A stretch of 64,000 nucleotides of DNA from Geosiphon pyriformis uo1 (lineage: Eukaryota > Fungi > Glomeromycota): assembly GCA_016748015.1 (NCBI GenBank), contig JAAOMT010000523.1, positions 551,719 to 615,718 on the forward strand, in the 5' to 3' direction. Numbering within the stretch: position 1 is the first letter of the stretch; the number at the start of each line of letters is the position of its first letter. The notes under the pieces were generated by a model. That model made no database searches and was not told the DNA's origin. It worked only from the letters and a program-made list of their open reading frames with translations. Made by a program: the position numbers and the translations under genes. Shown here piece by piece: positions 50,001-63,646 of the stretch.

Positions 50001-53000
50001 TTTTTGAGTAGCCATAGCATTTATGGTAATAAGGTTTGCAATAATAATGGGTTTGCATTCAGTAATCTTTGTCTAGCGTGATCCAAGCTCTCATGGAAGA
50101 AAGTTTTTTTCTACAGTTCTTGCATTTGAGAGGTATATATGGTGGCTCTTTTATTGGTTTCCATGAGTATTTTTATTTCTAGCCACTAGTTATTTCTTCT
50201 GTAACAATGGTTTTTTCAAGTAGGTCTTTTTACTTCCTTTTTTCTTTTCTTTTGTCAATTTTTTCCCATTCCCAAGTTGGTAGCTTGTTCTGATTGTGGT
50301 TAGTTTTCCAGATTTAGTTGGCATTCCAAGTAAGTTTGGTTTTGTTCTGTTTTCTTTTGCCATTGTTGTCCCAGGAAAGTATAGATGGTAGTTCATTGTG
50401 ATCTTTATCTGTCCAGGACATTTGATAAGCTTTCCAGATAGATTTCTTTTTTTCTTCTTCAAATTTGACAAGTGGTGCTGATGGTGTGGTGATGGGCTTA
50501 AAATGGCCACACATGGCTGGTACTCATATGTGTTGGCTGTTTTGGCTGATTTGCAACTCTTGGGTGGTCCAGTCAAGCATTGCATTTGTTTTGAACAGCC
50601 AGTTGTTACCGACTAGAGCTTGGTATTGGGTGGCTTCTATGACTAGTACTTTAATTGGTATGATAAGGCTATTAACTTCAAATAAGAAGTTATCTATCTT
50701 ACTGATGGGAGTCTTTGTAGTTCTATCAACTGTAATAATCCTGGTGCTGGCAGTGCAATCAACTTAGCAATCTAATTAGTTCATGAGTTGTCAGGTGATT
50801 ATACTGTCTGTTGATCCACTATTAAATATCAGCTTAATAGAGTGACCATTAACTTTAGTGTCAGTATACATGGCCGTGATTGGTTTGGTGTCTAGAATGG
50901 CTCCACTAAATAATGGGACTGGTGTAATTTTATCAAGATCAAAAAAAATATGGCAGCTAGTGTTTTGTCTTCAGTACTGGTGGCTAGAGGTATATTACTA
51001 GTAAGTAATTTGTTTTGGTTGGGTTCTAGGTTGTTGGATATTGTGTTTTCTGGAGTAACCAGGAGACTTAAGTAGTATTGAGAATTTTGGTTTTGGATGT
51101 GCCCAGTTCTGGAATTCCAAGAATGTGATCCTGTTGATAAGTGAAAGGAACTGGAGATCAGTTGATAGATAACTATCGCTGATTTCCAGTTTTGACTGAC
51201 TCTTGATCTGGAATTTTCTGATGTTATTTGAGCTGAATTTGGTGATGGTGTTTAAAGTTGCTGAAGTGAATATATTGCTGATGACTGTGATTGATATAGT
51301 ACTTGTGGCTGCAGTTAATAAATTGAAGATTAATATATGATTGGTTGATAAATTGGTTGTTGCATCAAGAGCAGGTAATTCTGATAATATTGTTCTGGTA
51401 ATTAATTACTAACATAATTTTGAGTTTTTAGTCAGCAATCAGGATTTCGATACTGATAAACTGATCTCTGGTCACTTATTTTTTTTTGGCATTCAAATTG
51501 CAAATGTCTTTGTTTGCCACAATAGTAGTATGTATGCGTTTCCTGTTGCCACCATTAATTGGTCGAGGATAATACTAGACGTAACTGATTTTGGAAGTAA
51601 TTTCCATTTTCCTGATTGTTGCATCATTGTGGAGGTTAATAAATGGCTTAATTTGTGTTAGCTAAGTATCCCTCTAATTTCTGATTGATAGAGTCACTGA
51701 ATTGCTTCAATTTGGAGTCTAAGTCAGATAATTCATTCATTACTAGATTTACAGTTTGGGCATGGTTGGCTTCAAGTTTAGTGGCTTCAAAATCTCTGGC
51801 ATTCATAACAGCAGCTTGAAAATCTGCTGGATGCATTGGACATACACGTTGGAGGATGCTACTGTACAGGCCTCTAATGAATTGATTTAAGATTTGTGGC
51901 ACTGTAAAATAGTCAGCCTATATGGCCTAAATTTGGTGTAGATTTCTGTGAAAGTGTCCCAAACAGGTAGTAACTGTTTCAGTTTCTCTTTGTTTGATGA
52001 TAGTAAAAGTATTTGCCAGGCAGTTGATACTATTGTTGTTACTGAAATATCTTAAAAATTCTATTTTGAATGTGTCAAAAGTTTGTGGTTTCTGGGCCAA
52101 ACTTTAATACCATAAATCAGTGGTATTTTGAAAAAAATAGGGAATGGCTTGGAGAGCTCTTGCGTTGTTCTATCCATTGGCCATGATGGTCTTTTCAACA
52201 TCATTGAGCCATATCTGGGCATTATCTTTTTTGTCTGTAAACTTTTTGAGTTTTGCTATTGGAGCGTAGGCCATTGGATCCAAGTTCAGTTGTTGTTGTT
52301 GTTGTGGTGGTTGTAATTATTGTTGTAGCTGTTGAAGTGGCTGTTGTGGTTGTTGGGACAGTTGAAGTGGCTGCTATTGAATTGGTTTAACAATCAGTTC
52401 AATTGGTGGTTGATTGATGATGATTACTGGAGATAAGTTTTGCTGATTAATTGTTTCAGGATTTGTATTGTTCAGATTTTGAGGAGTTTGAAAGTTCGAA
52501 GTTTCAATTTCTGGATTTTCTAAGTTAAAATCTTGCTGCATCTGAAAGTTTGGGGTTTTAATGTCCAAATTTTCTGAAATTGGTTTTTGGTAAGTAAATT
52601 CTTGATCTTTGGCTTTTTCTTCTTCTTTCTCTTTTGATTTTGTTATCTCCCAGAGACTTGCGTTTCCAAAATCTGGTTGAGGTGGCAGTGATCAGAATCC
52701 TAATAGCATTGGCAATTTTGATTAAAATTCTTCAAAGTAATTGCTGTATGGTCCTAATAACTCTGTTTTTCTTTGTGTAATTTGAAATGGAAAGCATTTA
52801 AAGATTGATGTTGTGTTTAATGTGGACGTGTCTGTTGATAAGATGTTGATGGCACTTCTGAGCATATAATGGTATGATGGATTGGTAGGTGATTTAACTC
52901 AGATCTTCTTCCAATTAGGTGGTTGTATTTGTTTTGGTGTTATTCCTGGGGTTTGTAATCTTTCTTTGTCTTTGTTTGCATAAGTGATGGGAAATTGTTG

Positions 53001-53288
53001 TTGTGTATACCTTTTAATGATTTGATTGATTTCTCTAATAATTGGTGCAAAACTGTAGTTTTTTGGTAAGCTGGTATGTTGAAATAATTCTGTATAGAAG
53101 TTTTCTCTTGCTGATTTGATGTTAACTGTTTCTTCTAAGCAATCTGTGATTTTATCATTGATGTAGAAGTTAAAGACTGATTCTGCTGGGAAATGATTAT
53201 TGTTCAATTTTAATTGTTGACTGTACTGTTGAAACAAGGATTTGGCAAATCCCAAATGGTTTGTCTCTATGATTTCTGATTCTGTCAC
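47017..53288 (-). pseudogene. gag-pol: gag-PR-Cys-rich-dUTPase-RT-RNase H of F
   Basis: GTG start; QFIRGL capsid; dUTPase 48919-49239 (FDLRY, RSNLA, GGIID, IAQA); TTDASGQALG. Confidence 0.92.
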
Positions 53289-53332
53289 TTTTGAATGATT
53301 GTTGATGGCACTGGTTCTCTGTAGAATTATAC

Positions 53333-53350
53333 CTTACAGAGAGCACCAAA
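53333..53350 (-). promoter_or_regulatory. PBS of F (TTTGGTGCTCTCTGTAAG)
   Basis: Adjacent to the LTR end; H copy reads ..TGCTCCCTGTGAGG; fits tRNAs ending GAGCACCA (elongator Met or Ile-UAU types are candidates). Confidence 0.8.
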
Positions 53351-54151
53351 TGTTACAAGTGATTATTTGGGGTCTTAAATCAAATAACAAACTCATAACT
53401 TGGTGCTTAGTATCTTAATGGTAGTAGTATTAGTATGTTGGTTGTATCTGAAGGTTTTGAATTGAGTTCTTTGTATAATGAACAAAGATTCAATGATAAT
53501 TTTTTCCGTAGCCTCTTGGAATTGCAATTCTGTCAAATTTTTTTCTTAGTGTAGTGGCCAGTAATCTTGGCAGGGATGTCTTTTTGATAAGCTATCCTTA
53601 AATTTTCAATTCATATACCCTTCCTTTGGGGTTTTTTACTAGGCTATTCTTGACATCAATAATTTAGTGCTTTTTTATTAATTAGTAAACAACAGTAAAT
53701 CAAAGAAAGAAAATAAAGAGAATAAAAAAAATAAGTCAAGGTGTTACAAATTAGTATTCCGGCAATAGCTGTAATCAAGAGCTATTATTCCCATATAGTT
53801 AAGTATCAATTTCTATCAACATAAAATATTGATAGTGAAAAGTGGATTGAGATAGTAAATAATTATTTATTGATATTTGTATTGTGGATGGTTGCTTAGA
53901 TTAAATCTAAACTGAAAAATCTCTAATGAAAGAATTCTGCTTTTTTTCTACTTCTAACATTACTGCTATATATACATAATTGATGTTTTACGAGATTGTT
54001 TACATTCCCAAGTGATGTGCTATAATTTCTTGAGCAATGTGCTGTGATTTCTGTTATTGTTCTATATTGCTAAGCAATGTGCTCACGTGCTAAATACTAT
54101 TTACTTATTGGTCTACTATTTTCTCTATATCTGTTTTTTTTATAAATAACA
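53351..54151 (-). repeat. 5' LTR of F
   Basis: TGTTA..TGTAACA on the minus strand; matches the split 3' LTR. Confidence 0.92.
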
Positions 54152-55616
54152 GTGATATTTTCGGTTCCAGGTATATTATCATTAATATTTCTGAGATTTA
54201 AGTTTTCTGATATATTAAGATAAGTTGACTGGAAATTTGGGTAGTTTGCATTTGTTTGCTGATTAGGTTCTACATGATTAAGATTTCTAGTAATAATTGC
54301 ATTTTGACCTAATACTGGCTGGCTTCAAAACTCTGAATGCCAGTTTAGATTTGGAATTGCTGGTCATTGCTGGTAAGTTCTTTGATTTTGGTATGTAGTA
54401 GGGTATTAGTGTGTATTGATTTCTGAGCATTTAGAAAGTGCATAATAATTATTTTTATTGGCATATTGCTCAATTTTGGGATGAATTTGAACAATAATTG
54501 TGGCTAATGCTGTTGTTTCTTTTGTAGTAAATTTAGATAATTCCCTATATAATTAATGTTTTGTATCATTTGGTTCTTTTTTCTTTCCTATGTAATAATT
54601 TATTCTGGCATTAATGTAATAGGTGAGAGCATTTTCAGCTGAACAATACTCTTCTGGTAATCCAAAATTACTTTGATGTTGTAAATAAAAGGCATGGCAA
54701 AATTCAACAACAGTGAGATTAGGAGCTTTTGTCATCACTTTTGTTTCTTCTTTTTTAGCAATAAATTATTGCTAATTATTATTTTCTTTTTGATTTTCTT
54801 TCCTCATAGAGTTCACTAAATGTTATGAAGGTGTTATTTTGGTATATTTTAATTGTTGATATCTCGTTTTAATTGCAATCAGTCTCTCGTGAGTTCTTCA
54901 ATTTTATGTGTTGGATATTAATGATAATGTACTGAAGATTTTCTCTTAATGTTGTGATATAAGTCTTCTTTTTAATTTTAGTTGTCTTTGTATGTTGTGT
55001 ATTTCTTTCCAAAGGCTAATCTGAAATCTACCTGCTGTCTGGAGTCTTCTCTGAAGCTATCTTTGCAATTGTTTGATGTGTTTCTCTAATCTAAAAACAC
55101 GGAATGTTAATGGTCTTTTCACAATTTCCCTAAGTATATAATAAAGCTTTTTCAATTTAATTAGTAATCACATGAATAATCTTGATCAGGAATTATTCTT
55201 CCAAAGAGTTCAGAGATAAAATGATAGTTTTATTTGCTAGAAAGGGTATGTAAATTCTATTATTAATTTTGTAATTGTGATGTTTATTCAATTTATTATT
55301 TTTTTTATTAATTTTTTTTGAATAAGATTTTATTTAGATATTTGTTGCTTCGAGTTGAAGCTGTTTTTTTCTTTATCATTAAAAACTATTGTATATATAT
55401 ATAATTATTGTTTTACAAAATAATGTTTTGTAATACTCTATTTCTATTATTTCTAAATAATGCTTGCTGCTTTTGCACAATAGTGCTTGTTGCTATTGTA
55501 AAATAGTGCTTGCTGTTATTTGTAAATCATTTTTTTTTATAAATTGTTGCTGTGCTATTTCATGATTGGCTAATTTATATTATTTATAATTCCTATTAAA
55601 TTCTTGAACTGTAACA
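54152..55616 (-). mobile_element. Gypsy copy E2 5' part (LTR 54821-55616, PBS, internally deleted gag)
   Basis: Homologous to E1 in inverted orientation; gag TKAPNLTVVEF; capsid region missing after YAN(E)N. Confidence 0.87.
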
Positions 55617-56966
55617 CCATCATGGTTCCAACAGAAGAACTTTTAAAAGAAAATTGGAAACAATAGACAGAACAATTTCCAATACCATACTACTACTATC
55701 AATTAGAACAAAAGTTGAACATTCAGAAATTATATCTTGATAAAGCCAAAAGAATATTCAATTAAGAAATAATACAGAATATTAAAAATATTATCAGGAA
55801 AAAGACAAATCTAACACTGTATATTAAAACAATCTATTAACTACACACAATATTCCAAAATTACCCAGAAATATTGTTACATCTTGACATGGAAACAATT
55901 ACCATTAACCAATAAGAAACAATGAACAATGTGCAAATCAAAAATATAAGAAACAAAGTTGAACAAACAGTATTAGAAAAAAAAGTATTAGACTTAATTC
56001 AAAGTAAAGATTTTAATAGAGCTCAATATTAAAAGAAAGAGATAATATTACTTATAAAAAAAAATGTATAAAAAAAAATAGTAGAAAAACAGATAAACCA
56101 ATAGAAAAGTAGTAATTAGTATATAAGCATATTGCTTAGCAATATAGAACAATATTAAAAATTATAGCATATTGCTTAACAATATGGAGCAATATTAGAA
56201 AATTAGGGCACATTGCTCAAAAAATTATAGCACATCACTTGGAAATTTGAGCAATCTTGTAGAATCTAAATTATGTATATATAGCAAGAGCATTAAAAAC
56301 AGAAAAGACAGAATCAAGACCAAGATCTCTTAGTTTAGACTTCCCTTTTTATTTATTCACTAATCACTTTACAAATAATTTATATCTACTAAAGTGAAAT
56401 CATTAAAATATCAATAAAATACTTATTTATATTCAATTCATGTTGCTATCATTTGATTGAAAAATATTCACCAAACTCTGATTATTAATACTTTATGTTA
56501 ATAGCTGCCAATACTTAACCATGTTGGAACAATAGTTTTTGATCACAGCTATTAATGAGATACTAACTTTTCATTGTCTTGGCTTATTTTTTTATTTTCT
56601 TTTCTTTTCTTTCTTTAATTTTCTCTTTTATTGTTGTATACTAATTGATTAAAGATTAAGCACTGAGTTATTGATGTCATGGATAGCCTGTTAAAAAATC
56701 TAAATAGAAAAGTACAGAGTAAAAATTAGATAGCTTACCAGAAAGACATGACTGTCAGAATAAACCAGCCACCAAGCTGAACAAAAAAATTGGAAAACTT
56801 ATTACAAAAAAAGTGCACACCATCAAATTTCTGTTCATTATACAAAGAATTCAACCAAAATCTTTAGATCACCAAAACCTTTAGATAATATTAATCATAT
56901 TAGCTATTAAGTACTAAGTTATGGGTTTGTTATTTGATTTAAGATCTCAAATAATCACTTGTAACA
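55617..56966 (+). mobile_element. Gypsy copy G: 3' part of ORF3 (to 56032), PPT and 3' LTR 56046-56966
   Basis: MVPTEELLKENWKQ..YYYYQLEQKL..RAQY*; LTR ends cacttgtaaca. Confidence 0.88.
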
Positions 56967-59749
56967 ACAGAAAGCTTACAACTCTGTAAATTGGCATTAT
57001 CTGAGAAATAGTTTGGTCAGGATTAAAATGTGCAAGCAGTTTATTTGATTCTTTAGGGGAATTTATGATGGTAAAATCAATTGAGTCATGACTGATTATA
57101 ATTTGACAAATGAATATTATGTGTACAATAGTCTAAACCAAAATGAAATTTTTTTCTTTCTGCTCTAGAGAATTTTTTATGACTCTTTTTTATCTGAAGT
57201 CAAACAGTAAAAAAGTTTGTGTGGCTAATATATTAATATCAAGTTTGTTGCCAAAACTGACAAATTAGAGAATCAGAATAAACCAATCTTATTTCTAGCA
57301 ACTAGTGCTTTTGTTAATAACACAATTTGGGTTAAGAATAGTTAAGCAGTTACTCAATATATTCTAGATATTGCAAGTAGTTTTTTTAAAATCAATAATA
57401 TTTCAATTAATAATAATAAAACAGTAGTCATCCCTATTAACCAGAGAGTCAAAGATGTTTTATTATTGATTAGTGAATTGCCAATTTTTATTGCATGAAA
57501 AGAAGAGTCCCATTAGTATTTAAGTATTTTTTTGTTTTCTGAGAGTTTGTCCAAATCTAGTCTAATAAAAGCTTATGTAGATGTCAAATTTTTTTCTAAT
57601 ATGGTTCTAAGAAAAACTATTTTGGATAAACAATTTCTTTATTTGGTCTTGGTAGTGTTATATCCTATTGTTGGTTACAAAACTCAATTTAATTTTGTCT
57701 TTAAGAGTGTATATGTCAAATAAGATATACTAATTAGAAAAAATTTGAGAATAAAAGCTGATTTGTCTAAGGACTTTTCCAATAAGGCTCTTTATCATCT
57801 GTTTTTATATGGTCTAAAATTATTTGAACAAGTACAGACAGAAAGTAAGTCAGCTTTGGTGTTGTGTTTTTTAAATGCTCATAAAATTCTTAGTTATTTA
57901 TTTGACCATAGATTTCTGAACTTACAAGCTTCAAGTTGGTCTCCTGTTTATTTTTTACAAACCCTTGTAAGATTGAAAATCAATCTGGTCAACAACTTCT
58001 TAGCTGGTATGGTAAAAATTTTTTTAAAATATGATATGGTTTTTGACAACAATTTCTCTTTTGTGTTTTGGTTCTTGGATAATACTTTAATGTCTTCTGT
58101 TTTAGAAGATTTAGTGTTTTATAATATTTTTAGATTACTTAAAAGATTTAGTATTGCATTTATTGAATAATTACATAATAAAAAAGGCTTAGTTTTTGAT
58201 TAAAAAAGATTTTATCATTAGAAAAGGCTTGATTCCAGAGGCTTTGTCCTTGAGTAGTTCAAATTAGCATGTAAGTATTTGGTCTGCTCTCCTTGTGGTC
58301 TTATTATTCAGCTTCTCTGTAATGGATTTCTGTCTTTAAGTGTTTTTGATTCTAATGGTTTTTTATTAGTATGGCAGTATTTTTTTAATGCCAATTCGAA
58401 TATTATTAATATTTACATGAATGGTTTTCTGAAAAACTTGGGTATATACAAAATAAAGTATGATGTAACTGCATTTTTTACTGACTTAAATTTAGATATT
58501 GGTGTCAAAGTTAGTGATTTGGTTTCTTCAATATTAGTTAAATTACAGACTATTGCCCTTGCTTTAAAGTGTGTTTTAGCTAATAATTATATTATAGTGT
58601 ATTTAAACAATTAAACCACTTTAAATGCATATATTGCTTAATTGAAATTGGCTCTGCTAGATTTTTGTAATTATTGTTAAATGGAAAGACATAATGTTGT
58701 GAATTTTATTAAAAACAGAAGGATTAATGTATTTTGGTCTAAGGTTAAAGACCATTTGGGTGTTCTAAAAAATAAGTATGCTGACAAGTTAGCCAACTTG
58801 GCTTTGTATTCAAATTTGACATTCCTTGTTCTTGTTAAGGAAAGATTTATAAAGACCAGTAAAATAGTGATGTTTGGTAATGTTTATTATTTTACTTGTG
58901 ATGTTTTTAGGGCTGTTCATTGGGCTTATTGAGAAGTTGGGTCTGGATTTAATATTATTGGTGCTAATATGATTGAAGATGTGAATTGGAATTGGAATTT
59001 TTTGGTTTGGCACTTTAATTCACATATAACAGCTGGTTTTATTAGTAGATTTATAACTAACTTGTGTTTGTATTTTATAAAGACTTTATATTGTTATTTG
59101 CCTATTGTTATCAGAAAATAATTATATAACAAGATGTACTCTAGTGTATTGTGTCTTTATTGCAGAGAGATAAAACTTTCCAATTATTTATTTACATGTG
59201 TAGTAGACTCTGCTGCTTGTGTAAACTTAATTGATTCTTGTTTTGGCTTATTGGGTTTTCTTATCAAATTTGGGTCTATTATTGTTTTGAATTATGTAGA
59301 TGTTTTCTATATGTGTCTCTAACTTTGAGATATATATGGCCTTGTGCAAGAGTTTTGTTTTTAAGAACTAGTATTTAGAAGCTTTATTAATATTCAAATA
59401 TGCTAAAATTGCAGGCAAAATAGTCATTAATTTGGTAAGAAATTTGGAAATTGTTTATCAAACAGAAATGTAATTGATAAGAGCTAAGTTTAGAGCAGTT
59501 TTAAAAAAAAAATTTAATTGTATGTAATAATTTGGTGTTTTTCATTATTTGTAAATTTTCATCTTTGCTTTTTGACAATATTATTAAGTTGTTTAATATC
59601 ATAAAAGTACATGGAGTTAGTTTTGGTTTTCGCAAACCTTGCAGTTTTTTTTCTAATATTAATAACTTTGTATTTATTATAATAGATCCATAGTGTTGCT
59701 CTAACTGGCCTAAGTAACTGGTTATGTATAGAAAGTACATGATTTGCAT
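56967..59749 (+). mobile_element. Degenerate non-LTR retrotransposon (LINE) ORF2: RT, RNase H, C-terminal Cys knuckle
   Basis: KAYNSV (KAYDSV), NSLNQNE (GLxQG), AFVNNT (AFVDD), INNNKT; RNase H IYMNG..KLQTIALAL..KVKDH..NKYADKLA; CLYC..YLFTC. Confidence 0.85.
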
Positions 59750-62283
59750 TGTTACTAATAGAAAAAGAATACAAGAAAAATAGTAGAAAAAAATAGATAG
59801 AAAAAATAGACTAATAAAAGAATAGTATTTAGCACATAAACATATTACTTAGTAATATGAAGCATTATCAGAAAATCATGGCATATTGTTTAGCAATGAG
59901 CACATTATTAGAAATTACAGATACATTGCTCAACAATGTGAGTATTGTTTAAAAAATTATGGCATATTGTTCATAAATATATAGAATCTTATATAACATA
60001 AATTATATATATATAGTAAGAGTATTAAAAGCAGAAAAAGTAATTTCTGGAAAATTCAATAGAGTTTTATTAATTTAGAACAATTCTTTTTCTTTTCTAT
60101 TTATTAACTCTTATTTTAAAGATAGTTGCTATCAACCAAAATAGAATTATATAAATAAAATATTTCAAATCCATGTTATTGTCATTTGTTTGAAAATCTA
60201 ATTACTCTTCTATTATCAACACTTTATGTTGATAGTATCTAATACTTAATTACACTGAAACAATAATTCTTGACTATAGCTGTTGACAGAATACTAACAT
60301 AAATTGCCTTGGCTTAAATTTTTTTATTTTTTTTTCTTTCTTTTATTTTTTTCTTTTATTGTTGTATACTAATTAATTAAAAATTAAGCACTGAGTTATT
60401 AACATCAAAGATTGTCTGGTAAAAGACCTCTGTGAAAGAATAAACACTTGAATTTAAAAATTACTTACCAGAGGATTGTCAGCCATCAAGCCAAGAAAAA
60501 AATTAATGGAATTGTGATTCCAGAAAGCTATAAATAAAAACAATACTTGAATCTTTGTTCATTATATAAAGAACTTAACCAAAACTTTCAGATAATACCT
60601 ATTGTATCAGCTATTAAATATCAAATTATGGGTTTTTTATTTAATTTAAGACTTCAAATAATTATCTGTAATATTTAATGCTCCCTGTGAGGTATAATTC
60701 AACAGAAAACCAGTTTCAGCAACAACTATGCAGAAAAGTGGCAGACCAAAAAAAAACAAGAAAAAATTACTTAGAATTCGCAAAATTCTTATTTTACTAT
60801 TATCTTTGTAAAACTCATTAAATTAAAAAAAACTTTAATTATTCAAGACTCGATTATTTAAAAACCCAAACATTTAAAACCTGATAATTCCAACTCCATT
60901 ATTATACAAAAAAACTTACTATCAATAAAACTCATTAAATTTCTAGCAATTCAAACTTCAAGAATTATTCAAAAACCTGAATATTCAAAGTTCAATAAAT
61001 TCCAAACACCATTATCATACAAAGAAACTTACCTCTAATAGTCCAATAAAACCTAATTTTCACAGTACCAATAAATCAGCAAAACTTATCTAACAGTCCT
61101 AAGTCAGAATATTAGGATGTAATTACAATTAACTTCCATGTATCATATATTTAAAAAAGAGCCAATTAGCAAAAACAAATAAGAATCAGAATTAAAACTT
61201 AATTTTAATTCAAACTCCACTAAGAATGACAACAATTCAAACTTTGCTAATAACAACAATGATTTAAATTCTGTCAACAACAATTTAAACTCCACTTTAA
61301 ACACTAAACAATATATCATGTTTTTAGATCTTACAATAGAGCAAGAATTAATTTAATTCAGTAATAATAATGAGGACATTATATCTAAGCATATACATAA
61401 TACAAATACAAGATTTGAACTTGTATATTCTGAACAAACTACTATAGTTAAAAATTCCAGTTACATATAAAATTAGATTTAAAAAAAAATAGCAATAGAA
61501 ATTACAGCAACAACATTAATACAAAAGAGAAATTTAAAAAATTTTGCAGAAGTTCAATATTATAGAAGAGAATAATGTTATTTATAGAAAAAGAATACAA
61601 GAAAAATAGTAGAAAAAAATGGATAAAGAAAATAAACCAATAAAAAAATAGTATTTAGTACATAAGCACATTGCTCAGCAATATAAAGCATTGTCAGAGA
61701 ATTATAATAAATTGTTTAGTAATGAGCATATTGTTAAAAATTACAGATATATTGCTTAGCAATATGAGTATTGTTCAAAAAATTATGATACATTGCTCAT
61801 AAATATATGGAATCTTATATAACATAAATTATATATATATAATAAAAGTATTAAAAACAGAAAAAATAATTCCTAGAAAATTCAATAGAGTTTTATTAAT
61901 TTAGAACAATTCTTTTTTTTTTCTATTTATTAATCCTTATTTTTCTCTTTTATTGTTGTATATTAATTGATTAAAAATTAAGTGCTGAGTTATTGACATC
62001 AAAAATTGCTTGATAAAAGACTTCTGTAAAAGGATAGATACTTGAATTTAAGGATTACTTACCAGAAAATTGCCAGCCACCAAGCTGAAAAAAAAATTGA
62101 CTGAATTGCAATTCCAGAAAGCTACAGATAAAAACAACACTTGAATCTTTGTCTATTATACAAAGAACTTAACCAAAATTTTCAGATTTTAAAATCTTTA
62201 AATAATACCTATTGTATCAGCTATTAAGCACCAAGTTATAGGTTTGTTATTTGATTTGAGACCCCAAATAATCACTTGTAACA
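59750..62283 (+). mobile_element. Small non-autonomous LTR element H (family-A LTRs 59750-60673 and 61576-62283), TSD GCAT
   Basis: Two direct LTRs, decayed PBS at 60674, PPT at 61564-61575, GCAT at 59746-59749 and 62284-62287, no RT or IN. Confidence 0.9.
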
Positions 62284-62365
62284 GCATCTAGTTTAGATTA
62301 CTTAGTTTAATGTATTGTGTTAGATAGTATTTGGGTCTTATTTATAAAACATTAATAAAAAAAAA
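62284..62365 (+). mobile_element. 3' end and poly-A tail of the LINE
   Basis: Continues after the TSD of H and ends aataaaaaaaaa. Confidence 0.6.
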
Positions 62366-63115
62366 CTATTGTAAATAATATAAAAATATTATAAATATTA
62401 TTGGCAAAATTTTTGGTATTAAATTAAAGTTTATTAGACAATAATAATATAATATTGTGTATTTTAAATTACATGTGTTTTTAAATACTGCTTTGATTTA
62501 TTAATTAGTTTTTATTAAAAAAATAATATTAAAATTTTGCTTATTTTAAATCAAAAACAGTTTATTATTTTAACAAATATATTTAAAACCAAATTAATAA
62601 TTTTTTTAATTATATTGTTTTTATATTTACAAATTAGTTTTTTAAATATATAATTTTATTTGTTTTATTTCTCAATTTTTTAATTTTATTTAATAATTAA
62701 AATATATTATTTTAGATATTAAATAATACAAATATTAAAATTAGTATTTTAAATAAAAATTAAATTTAATAAGAAATTTTTAATTGTTAATGTTATTTTA
62801 AGTATTAAAATATAAATTATTTAATATTAAACTATGAAATATTTTTTTTAAATTATTATTTAAATATATAATTAATTTTAAAAATTTTAAGTATTATATT
62901 ATTAATGCAAAATTTTATGTAATTTTTCGGGTTTTTTTTGTTATTGTTTTTAATTTTGCTATTAGCTTTAAATTGGTCTTTTTAATTATATCTATTATTA
63001 AATTAATAAAATTTTTTTTAAATACTAAAGTAAATTGGTTAGAAATTTAATAAAAAAAAAGTAATCAATATTATATTAAAACATATTTTTTTAATAATAA
63101 TATAATTAATAATAT
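62366..63115. other. Extremely AT-rich low-complexity spacer
   Basis: Almost only A/T, no ORF. Confidence 0.7.
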
Positions 63116-63243
63116 GAGATAAACTGCAACAAAACCAGACAAAGTGAACATTCTATAAATGAGAGTTAATTTTAATGCTCACTTTATCATACCAGAATGC
63201 GATGCATATGATTAATATAGGATTATCTCTATAAAAATATAAT

Positions 63244-63646
63244 ATGAAACTAATATACATTAAGTCCACTATGAAACCAAAGAATTACAGCACTATTAGA
63301 AGCATATTAAAGAAAGCCCAAGGAGAAAAAATTGCTCCATATGTTTTTAAAATCAACAATACCCAAACTCTCCAGGAGTATCTAGATAAAGAAAAAATCA
63401 TTTATGAAATTTACCAAGAAGAACAAAAAATAATAAATAATAAACGAGCATTAACACGCTATGAACGTAGACCCACTGAGCCCGCTGAAATTTGGTGCTC
63501 AATATGGACGAGACTATCCCAACGCAACTGACAAGATCGAAGAAGCATACGAGGAATATAAAGACTTCTACCTTAATTACCATCGCGACAACCCCACAGC
63601 AACAACAGATTGCTACACGCAATACCTCCAAACACTTGGTAAGTAA
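63244..63646 (+). CDS. Possible short coding segment(s) of unknown function (overlapping ORFs 63244-63531 and 63461-63646)
   Basis: ATG-initiated and stop-free, CpGs retained, GTAAGT donor-like site at ~63639; no recognisable motif. Confidence 0.2.

Larger units (their letters stand above)
34588..54151 (-). mobile_element. Full-length gypsy copy F (family A) inserted in E2; its 3' LTR is split by D2
   Basis: 5' LTR 53351-54151; 3' LTR 44799-45311 plus 34588-34982; flanks GTAA (34584-7) and GTGA (54152-5). Confidence 0.93.
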
